From Paramecium tetraurelia (lineage: Eukaryota): a stretch of 20,000 bases of DNA. The position numbers were made by a program, and so were the translations under genes. Shown piece by piece: positions 10,653 through 20,000 of this stretch. The notes beneath the pieces are model-generated. The model saw only the letters and a list, made by a program, of their open reading frames with translations. It searched no databases and was not told the DNA's origin. Within the stretch, counting starts at the first letter, position 1; every line of letters starts with the position of its first letter. The stretch spans positions 310,719 to 330,718 of the forward strand of contig CT868676.1 in the NCBI GenBank assembly GCA_000165425.1. Reading direction: 5' to 3'.

Positions 10653-13293
10653 TCATATTAACTCATCAAAGCTGGCATACTTATTCTTTAATGATTGTTG
10701 GTTTTAAGACTATTATTAGGCTTATTGATTTTATATTCCCCAAACGCCCTAGCTTTAATTTTAATTTTAAGGTTAATTTTAACTTTAAATTACCGGATTT
10801 TAAAATTACGCCCAAGGATCTTAAGTGGTACCCTAGTTAAAAGCACTCCAAGGATCATTAGTTTTTTCAAAAACATTATTTTATTATTTCTATGGTTATT
10901 AAAAAAATGATTATTATTATTGTTATTGTTATTATTATGACTACTATTATTACTATTATTATGAATGGTTATTATTTGAGTATAAGGGTCGTGTACTTAA
11001 TTTTTTTACATCTTATTAAGATGCTTGATTTGATTACCCTTAATTTAATTAACTTGAATTTTGAAAGGCACCTTATTATTATTATCCAAAGGCTGTTTAT
11101 TATTAAAGCTAGGTTGTATTAAATTCTAAAGTGAAGCCCTACTATTAAGCAGGCTATATTGTAGGTTAATTCAACTATTAAATTTATCGGGTGGGGGGTT
11201 TGTCCATAATAAATGCTCCAGGTTAATTAAACATATTAAGAGAAGAACTCTATTAAAATGAATCAATTGGCATTCCTAAAGTTACAGGCTGACCTAGTTG
11301 GATAGTATTGAAACCATTATTTTCTTAAATTGGAAATGCTGCTTAAGTTGGTGGCTACATAATAGGTACTTATTAATTTTAAGATTATGGAACTTGATCT
11401 TTTTATTATTAAGAAGGTGTTTAGTTAGGGGCTTCTTAAATTACAGGTTTATCTGGAATAGACGTTAACCTTTAATCAAATTGATTTAGAAATTCAAACT
11501 ATACATTTTTATTCTCAATTAATCTCTTAGGTTCAGGTAAAGCTAATTTATAGTCAACCTGTATAACATTGATACTTTAGTCACTCAAGTTCTTTTCTTT
11601 TTCACTTTTAATTCTGGCTAGCATTTATTATAAGGTGTCATAATATTCATTAAATTCCTATTTTGAAAGCGTTGGATCAGTTAAATAAGGAGTTATTTAA
11701 GGTAGTAATTTTTGTGACACTTAATCGATTGATAAAATTTTAGATAATGACTAATATATTTTTAAGACAATCTAATTTAATTATCGATCTGTTCCCAATG
11801 CCTTTACTTTTTCTAATGAATTCAAAACTAAATCAGTATCCATAACATTTAATGTTTTATATATACAAATGAGTGTTGTTTTTCTAATTTCTATGTTTTA
11901 ATCCAATGCAAGTACAAAGATTCGTGGCAAAATTTTTGTTTTGCTAAACGTATAATCATTATTCTCAAGAACAAATTCTGTTACTCTGATTCCTAAATCT
12001 TGTAATTTGGGGACTTTGCATTCATAGCACTTTATCAATAAAGGTATCAAGTGTTCCTAAGTTTCTTTTTGACTTATATATTTATGAAAGACAGGCAAAG
12101 CAAGAACCAAATCATACAACACTTGGGCAGATATTTCCTTTCCAGAAAAGATTTATCTTATAAATTTTATATTAATACTTAAGTTTAGGCCAAATTTCTG
12201 ATTAAAATTAAGTTGAGTTTATAATATCCTCTCTTCGCATAGTCTCAAGAATAATTTATACAATTGCAGTTAACAAATGATCATATTGAGTTAGGCTTAG
12301 AACAATTGGTAAAAGCCTTTTTTTAAGAATAGATTTTTCAAAATTAAAAATAACACTTGATAATCCCTTAAAAAACACAATTTATTATTGCATATCGTAC
12401 TCTGGTAATTTGTTTAATATGTTAAATGTAATTAAATATGGATCTTTAAACCATTCAATTTGAACAAATTGAGATAATGAAGGTCTATTATTCATTTGGG
12501 TAGATAGCATTAACCCCAAAAATTATAAAAATGATTCCTGATGTACATCCTTATATCTCATTAAATCTAAACTCTTGATAAATTTTAGATAGGTATCTTA
12601 ATCTTGAGTCTCTGGAAAAGGCACACGATTATTTTTAAATCTCATTAAACGCAATATGATCATTCCTAATGAAAACATATCTGTTGAATATCCACATTAT
12701 TACTTCGATGAAAGCTATAATAAATTACAATAATTTACTATTTCAGGGGCTGTGTACAATATATTATATCCAGAGCTAATCTGACATTCAACTACAGAGT
12801 TTAAAATTTATTATTAAAATGGGGAACCTCCAATCTTCCATTTTCCATTGTCCGTAAAATAAATTTTTTCTGGTTGTAAATCTAAGTGAACTTGTCGAAC
12901 ATTATTATGCAAAAATTATAATCCATCTACAATTTCCAATACATGCAATTTCATCTCTATATCAGACAATACATATTTGCTATCGTTTAAGGCCTGACTT
13001 AGAGTACATTCTATTCTCTCAGTGACAAATCCTATATGAGATTTTTCTTCCACTAGGGGTTCAAGCACTTGCAGAATTCCAGGGTATTTTAATTTAATCA
13101 TACTGATGTATTCTTTTTTGGCAATTTAAAACTATTTGCTCTAATCGCATAGCCAAACTGAACCCAGCCTTTGTTTATTCTTGGCATTGTAAACTCTCCA
13201 CTAGCCCACTGTAAGAACGCAATCCTTTTCAAAGTCATACCCTTGTATTGAAGGGATAGTGATGCTTTGAAAAACCTTTTTTAAAATATCCAT
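10653..13293 (-). CDS. SCY1: SCY1/SCYL2-like pseudokinase with HEAT-like region and Q/N-rich tail (about 864 aa; introns 12715-12738, 12157-12178)
   Basis: WRVYNA, GSVWL (no VAIK lysine), KLKYPGILQVLEPL, FVTERI, LQFLHN, VHLDLQPEKI, WKIGG (no DFG), YTAPE, DMFSLG. A helical region and a low-complexity C terminus follow. Confidence 0.9.
10911..10961 (-). repeat. Coding poly-Gln tract ((TTA)n-like on the + strand) in the SCY1-like tail
   Basis: Minus strand reads TAA TAA TAG TAA TAA TAG TAG TCA TAA TAA TAA CAA TAA CAA TAA TAA TAA = Q7-S-Q9. Confidence 0.85.
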
Positions 13294-13313
13294 TAATTCA
13301 ATTATTTAATAAT

Positions 13314-14569
13314 ATGGAAATCGATGATGACACTAAGTTTATAAGCAAATTGAAAGAAAAAATTCCTAATCTTATTGATCCATAGTATGAAAAGGTATGA
13401 AATTCCTTCAAAATAAAAGGATGTCAACCTTATGAAAGATGTCAATATCATGGGGTATTTTCTAGAAATACTTGAATTAATGAAAACAAGTTAGCTTCCT
13501 ATTGAACAATTATTACTTCATTATTCAGTATAGAATAGTAAATATTTAGCAATAAAAATTTCATATACAAAGTGGTGTAACTAGTAAAATGAAATCATTT
13601 GTAACCATCTTGTTATACAGCTATATGAAAAAATCAAATAATTCATAAGACCTTTCATACATCAAGAGATATTTTCAATTAAAAAAATCAAATTCATCAA
13701 TTTCTTTCTACATAAAACTAAGAAAGACTATCATCACTAATTTTTCATATAATTCTAGAACTCAAATGCTTGATGGACTAAATTTGAAATTTGGTATATA
13801 AAGTAGTTAAGCTAGATGATTGGTCAACTTTGACAACCCGGTTTTTAGGAGCTGAATCTATATCTTAAATTGGGGCTCGAGTTAAAGAAGTGAATTCCAA
13901 AACTAAAGTGTATGATAAAATCTTGACAAACTCAATTGATGCTGTCTTCTTTGTACAAACATGTGTAGATTTATTTGAATCAAAAGACAAATCAAATCTG
14001 CATTAGGAAAAAGAGAAGGAAAAAAGATCATAATCCTAGAATTCATAAAATGAAAATTCATAAAATGTTTCATAAAATTAAATTCAAGATGAGGAAGGAA
14101 GTTAAAACGAAGAAGGAAATAGTTTGATTGAATCCCCAGAAGAAATTTAATAATCAATTTAAATTGCCTTAAATCCAACATCAAATATCCAATAAAAATA
14201 GGAAAATGTAGAATCAAAAGATAAATCAAATGTTATTCAATAGAAATTAATTAATTCTTTATAAGAAACAGTATTTTTTTATTTAAATATTAGAAATACT
14301 AATTGCTGGAGAATTAAATGAAATCAGAAGAAGCAATCAAGAAAGTTTTAAAAGTTGTTGACATTGTACTTCTTGACTATGAAAGTTTAGTAAAACACAG
14401 TAAAAAGCAGCAGTTATTCATCTAACAATTAGTTGATAAATGCAAAAATTCCCATAATTTAACAGAATAAGAGAAAAAATAATTTTAAGAACTCAATTCG
14501 CATTAATTGTTGTAAAATGATTTCAAAGCATAACTTTAATAAACAGGAATTCATAAATTTATCAAGTGA
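13314..14569 (+). CDS. Hypothetical protein (about 387 aa; introns 13395-13419, 13528-13549, 13794-13815, 14271-14293)
   Basis: Four 22-25 nt GTA..AG introns restore a single frame from ATG 13314 to TGA 14567-14569. Central Q/N/E/S-rich segment and C-terminal coiled coil. No family recognised. Confidence 0.78.
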
Positions 14570-15404
14570 ATCAATCAGTATTTCATATTAAATTTTTAAT
14601 TATTATTTAAGTTTAATCATAAGGGATTTGAACGAATTAACATAGATCATATTTTTAATAATATTGAAATAAAATTATTAAGAATTTCTAACTTTCTTGC
14701 GTAAAGGTGATCTCCTTGAATGTATTCCTATTCTATCTTCAATAAAATGGTTAATGAGAAGTGAGATTCCATAATTATCTATTAATTAAGCCTTATTTGA
14801 TATCTTTGCATATTTGGGAATACAAGATTTGACCTAAAGTAAAATTTTTTTTATGCAAAAATATACGTTTAATCTATTTATAAAGGTAGCAGTAAATTTG
14901 CTAGAACATTATTTCTTCTAATATATTATTGTTAAAGATATTTATTTAGGAATTAATTAACAATTGTAATTGCTTTGAAATATAAAATATTATAATTAAT
15001 TTGAATTAAATCAATATATAAAATTGTCGTTTTAAATTAAATTTGATTTATATCTATTTTTATTACTGAAAATTAAAGAATCTGTAAGACATTCTTTACG
15101 AATTAATTCTCTGGATTTTTTATTTATCAGTTTGCAACAGTTAGTTTAATTGAAAGGAAACTAGAAAAATTCTCAGCTCCTCTTTACTTTTTTGATTTCT
15201 CATCTAAAAAGCAATAAATTTATTTATCCACAAATTGAAAGGGGAATTAATTTGGTTCAATGTAACAGTCAAATTTGAAGAACATAAAATTGGATAAAAT
15301 AATAAAAATAATATTAAATAGAATATTTTCTTCTTTATTCAATTTCCTCAAAATATGTAATTCTATTAAAATAAATTTTAAAGCCATTTTGGCTAAATTG
15401 AAGA

Positions 15405-18400
15405 ATGAGAAAATTAGTTTGGGTTGACAAGAGAATTAATAATGAAGAGAATTAATAATATTAAACACGATTATTAAAAATTATTAATGAGTGTAGCTTT
15501 TTTGATTCGATTAATGATGCTCTACAAATTGTTCCTAATCAATAAGAAGGAGATAAAATTGTTGTAATGATTTCAAGTTCTTTAATTGAAGAATGTTTAT
15601 AAAAACCTTTAAACAATAATTTAATTGTCTTTTGTAGGAGTGTTCGAAAACATTTCTCTATGTTTTTAAATAAATATGAGTTATTAGTTATAATAGATTC
15701 TGGCATTTAACATGTGGAAAAATATGTAAAATCAAATTTAGATTTCCTAGAAGCTCAATAATCTTTGACATTATAATTTATTTAATAAAGTTCCAATGAA
15801 ATTATGTACAATCATTAACTTTAGGAAATAAGTATTAGATTCTTAATGATAAATCAAAAATTATAGGAGAATTTTGCTGATTAGGAAGAATTACTTAATT
15901 CAGAAATAGTTTAGCTTATACCCTAAAACTTGTTACAAACATTTTAAGAGTCTGTAATACTATAAGAAACATTAAAATATGAAAAAACAGGAGAGATATT
16001 CACTAATTTTGAGAAACTAATTTACTATTATACAAGAGAAGACCAATCTGTTAATTTCTATAAGAAGTTGAATCAGAAATTATCCTAATCAAACTATGAA
16101 GGATTGGAATAAATCATGTGCACATTGTTCTATGGTTATTAAAATTTAAATTATCTAAGCTTATCTGTGAGTTTATTATATAGAGGTATAAGTTTTACAG
16201 AACCTGACAAGATAATTTATGATTAGATTGTAAAAGAATTAACTGAATGCAAAGAACAAAGTAAAAGTATATTTTGGAATTCTTTAACCAGTACTTCAAC
16301 TAATCAAAGCTCAACCAATTTTTTTTTGAAAAGCAAATACAAAATATTATTTGAAATTTAATTAGATTAAAACAATCCTCATCCTTACTTTAAACTTGAG
16401 GAGTATCACTCGCAATTTCCGAGAGAAGGGGAAGTAATTTTATTTCCTTAATTTGAATTTCAAGTAATAGAAATGGATTAAATTGGCTCAAATAATTATT
16501 ATCATATAAAAGTTAAATAAGCTTAGAATAATTTTTCTATGGCCTTAAATAAGACAAAAAGAAAGGAATATTGGGAACAGAGAATTGAAACTGATCTGAA
16601 ACCAAAACTGAAAATAATGGCTTCCTTTTACTAAATTAGAATTAACTTTATAATGAAAAATATAAGAAATAAAGAATTTAAACTTTGCTCTAGGTGTATA
16701 AAGGATAGCTTAAAAGAAAATTCGGACAACTATTTTTTAAAATTAGTGACATAGCTTTAAAAGTTTTGTGATAATCAGAAAGGTCATGAAAATTAGCTTT
16801 CTTAACTATTATTAGTAATTAAAGAAGAGATCTCATTTGAAACAGAAATAACAGATGAATTTTTAGAAGAGTCAAAGATTTTATTCAAAAACAGTTCAGA
16901 CCGTTTAATTAAGGAATTTATTTTAATAATTAAAAAGATATATAATCTTGAAGTATTTAAGAATGATATAAGACACATAGTATAAGAAAGGATCGAAGTG
17001 GCTGAAAAAAAGAGAAAGAAGAATGAAAAGAAGGAAGATATATATGAGATCTTAGTTTTATCAAAAGATTTTGACGAATATTTATTCGATATATTAATTA
17101 AAATGTTTAAAAAGGGAAAGATTACTAATTGTATTGGGTTTCTTTCAAAGAATAATAAGAAAAAGTATTTCGAACAATATTTTTCAGATCTAAATTATTC
17201 ATAGCAAATGAACAAAGAAGAAAAAATGAAAAATATAAAAGAAAACCTGAGTTTAATGACTCATGTTTTATAAAATATTCTTGACATTTAATTTAATAAA
17301 TGGAATTATTCTACAGAAGTTTCAAAAGAAATTAGATAAGATCTAATTACAAAAATATCAAACGATAAAAAAATAATTTAATTTTTAAAATTTATTGTTC
17401 GTCTTACCGCCTATGATGACTAATTTATATAATGTGGATCAAATTCACTAAATTTATTAGTTGAGATGAAAGTTAATCTGAGAGAACAAAGCTTTGAGGA
17501 TATTAGAATTTAAGAAACAACTTTGATTGGTGCTAATCTTGCGAAATGTAATTTGAGCGGATCGAAATTTGATAATGTAGATATTAGCGGAATGAATGTG
17601 AATGGTGCACAATTATTTAATTGTTGTTGGAAGAAATTGAAAATTCATGAATTCAATGAATTTCTTGGCCATACTAGTTATATCTTATCAATATGCTTCT
17701 CTTCTGATAGCACTATAATAGCATTTGGTAGTTATGATAAGTCTATCCGTTTATGGAACATTAAGACAGGATAATAAATATTGAAATTGGATGGTCATAC
17801 TAGTACTGTTTATTCAGTATGCTTCTCTTGTGATGGTAAATTAGCATCAGGTAGTGAAGATTAGTCTGTCCGTTTATGGAACATTGAGACAGGATATTAA
17901 TAATAAAAAATGGATGGTCACAATAGTATTGTCTAATCTGTATGCTTCTCACATGATGGTACTACATTAGCATCTGGTAGTAATGATAAAACTATACGCT
18001 TATGGGATGTTAATACAGGATAATAAAAATCTATTTTTGTTGGACATTAGAACTCTGTCTATTCTGTTTGCTTCTCTCATGATGGTAAACTATTAGCATC
18101 TGGTAGCGCAGATAATTCTATTCGATTATGGGATATTAATACAAAACAATAAACTGCCATATTTGTAGGTCATTCGAATTCTGTCTATTCTGTGTGCTTT
18201 TCTTCTGATAGTAAGGCATTAGCGTCTGGCAGCGCAGATAAGTCCATTCGACTATGGGAAGTTGATACAAGACAATAAACTGCCAAATTTGATGGTCATT
18301 CGAATTCTGTCTATTCTGTATGTTTCTCTCCTGATAGTAAAGTATTAGCATCTGGCAGCGCAGATAAGTCTATTCGAATATGGGAAGTTGATACAAGACA

Positions 18401-20000
18401 ATAAACAGCCAAATTTGATGGTCATACTAATTATGTTCTATCAATATGCTTCTCACCTGATGGCACAATTTTAGCATCTTGTAGTAATGATAAGTCTATT
18501 CGTTTATGGGATTAAAAAGGGCAAAAAATAACCAAATTCGATGGTCATACTAGTTATGTTCTATCAATCTGCTTCTCACCTGATGGTACTACATTAGCAT
18601 CTGGTAGTGATGATAAATCTATCCATTTATGGGATATTAAGACAGGCAAATAGAAAGCAAAATTAGATGAACATACTAGTACTGTTTTTTCAATAAGCTT
18701 TTCTCCTGATGGCACTTAATTAGCATCTTGTAGTAATGATAAGTCCATCTGTTTATGGGATTGTATAACAGGGCAATTACAGACCAAATTAACTGGGCAT
18801 ACTAGTAACATACATTCGGTATGCTTTTCTCCTTACGGAACTACATTAGTTTCTGGTAGTGAAGATTAGTCTGTCCGTTTATGGAGCATTTAGACTAATC
18901 AATAAATATTAAAAATGGATGGACACAATAGTGCTGTGTACTCAGTATGCTTCTCACCTGATGGTGCTACTCTTGCATCTGGCAGTGACGACAATTCTAT
19001 TCGTTTGTGGGATGTGAATACAGGATAATCAAAATTTAATTTACATGGTCATACTAGCGGTGTTCTATCAGTATGCTTCTCTCCTAATGGTAGTTTATTA
19101 GCATCTGGAGGCAATGATAATTCAGTTCGTTTGTGGAATGTGAAGACAGGAGAATAACAAAAGAAATTGAATGGTCATACTAGTTATGTCTAGTCAGTAT
19201 GTTTCTCTTCTGATAGTACTACATTGGCGTCTGGTAGCTATGATAATTCTATCCGTTTATGGAATGTCAATACAGGATAATAATAAGCCATATTAGATGG
19301 TCATACTAGTTATGTAAGTTAAATCTGCTTCTCCCCTAATGGTACTCTCTTGGCATCTGCTAGTTATGATAACACTATCCGTTTGTGGGATATTAGGACA
19401 CAATACTAAAAACAAAAATTATTTGATCATACTAGTAGTGTTCTTACAGCCAGCCTTTCAACTGATTATACTACTTTAGCATCTGGTAGTGACAATAATT
19501 CTATCCGGGTATAGAATGTTAATACAGGATATTAATAAGCCATATTAGATGGTCATGCTAGTTATGTAAGTTAAGTATGCTTCTCTCCTAATGGTACTCT
19601 CTTGGCGTCTGCTAGTTATGATAACACCATCCGTTTGTGGGATATTCAGACAGGACAATAACAGACTCAATTAGACGGTCACACCAGCACTATTTATTCA
19701 GTATGCTTTTCTTTTGACGGTACTACATTAGCGTCTTCTAGTGGAGATTTGTCCATCCGTATATGGAATGTTTAGACAGGACAATAAAAAGCAAAATTAA
19801 ATTTGAATTAAGATTAGGTAGGATAACTTTGTTTTTCACTTGATGGCACTGTATTAGCATCTAGGTTAGTGGATAACTCTATCTGTTTATGGGATGTTAG
19901 AACAGCATCATAAATCTAGACCTCAAATCATAGGTAAAAAGCCATTTTGGCATAATTTAGCACACACATATTTTAAAATAACTTTCTTCCTTAAATTGGT
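15405..20000 (+). CDS. Large intronless multidomain protein: receiver-like domain, R-S-E ADP-ribosyltransferase, helical linker, pentapeptide repeats, 18 WD40 repeats (3' end outside window)
   Basis: One code-6 frame from ATG 15405 (MRKLVWVDK) to the window end. ART motifs [34 protein letters not shown]. Pentapeptides [38 protein letters not shown] repeats from 17667. Confidence 0.92.
16020..16520 (+). other. ADP-ribosyltransferase domain (ARTC, cholera-toxin-like R-S-E clade) within the large ORF
   Basis: Arg codon at 16182 (LYRG), STS at 16290-16298, E-G-E at 16425-16433, followed by the typical VILFP..FQV strand. Confidence 0.85.
17481..17630 (+). repeat. Pentapeptide repeat region within the large ORF
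   Basis: Five-residue periodicity of [48 protein letters not shown]. Confidence 0.85.
17667..19915 (+). repeat. Tandem array of 18 high-identity WD40 repeats (126-bp unit; units 2 and 7 are 123 bp)
   Basis: Unit starts at 17667, 17793, 17916, 18042, 18168, 18294, 18420, 18543, 18669, 18795, 18921, 19047, 19173, 19299, 19425, 19551, 19677, 19803. Consensus [42 protein letters not shown]. Confidence 0.95.

Noticed and set aside
10892..11122. Ile-rich plus-strand ORF resembling a membrane peptide
   Set aside because: It is the antisense reading of the TAA-encoded poly-Gln tail of the SCY1-like gene.
14581..14912. Possible small minus-strand gene in the long spacer, with an intron-like GTA..TAG near 14834-14866
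   Set aside because: No recognisable motif, and the frame runs antisense into the upstream gene without a nearby TGA. Long open frames arise by chance when only one stop codon exists.
15442..15444. Alternative ATG for the large ORF
   Set aside because: It is out of frame with the ART/WD40 frame. ATG 15405 is in frame and starts the first predicted beta strand.
1353..18351. Supplied standard-code ORFs as independent small genes
   Set aside because: Six (1353, 8954, 10139, 12916, 16998, 17523) are in-frame fragments of longer code-6 genes cut at TAA/TAG. The rest are antisense or off-frame shadows of real genes.
17667..19915. 126-bp periodic array as a CRISPR array or satellite
   Set aside because: Units are in-frame 41-42-codon WD40 repeats with synonymous variation and no repeat/unique-spacer structure, in a eukaryotic context.
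1..20000. Mass pseudogenisation suggested by frequent in-frame TAA/TAG
   Set aside because: These codons fall at conserved Gln positions (e.g. Rab AGQE) and every complete gene ends in TGA, which indicates the ciliate nuclear code.
1..20000. Germline IESs, transposons, telomeric repeats or RNA genes
   Set aside because: All frame breaks are explained by GT..AG introns. I saw no transposase motifs, terminal inverted repeats, C4A2/C3A3 tracts or tRNA/rRNA structure. An IES in non-coding DNA cannot be excluded by eye.

Overview
Very AT-rich, gene-dense eukaryotic DNA that reads as Paramecium-type ciliate macronuclear sequence. Long frames open only under genetic code 6 (TAA/TAG = Gln, TGA the sole stop), and genes carry tiny 22-30 nt GT..AG introns, so the supplied standard-code ORF track is only fragments or artefacts. 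I read 11 genes by hand: (1) 3' end of an unknown gene, (2) a 7-TM protein with a probable RGS-like tail, (3) a divergent Rab GTPase, (4) a coiled-coil protein, (5) an LRRC45-like LRR/coiled-coil protein, (6) Sin3, (7) DNA primase small subunit, (8) a catalytically dead rhomboid, (9) a SCY1/SCYL2-like pseudokinase, (10) an unknown protein and (11) an intronless ORF of more than 1530 codons after the only long spacer. Gene 11 is the main finding. It joins a pseudo-receiver-like domain, an ADP-ribosyltransferase with intact R-STS-ExE motifs, a helical linker, pentapeptide repeats and 18 HET-E-like WD40 repeats, with no NACHT P-loop. I infer a candidate NLR-like sensor-toxin (immune or allorecognition) protein. 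All gene models and domain calls come from manual translation and motif recognition, not database searches.
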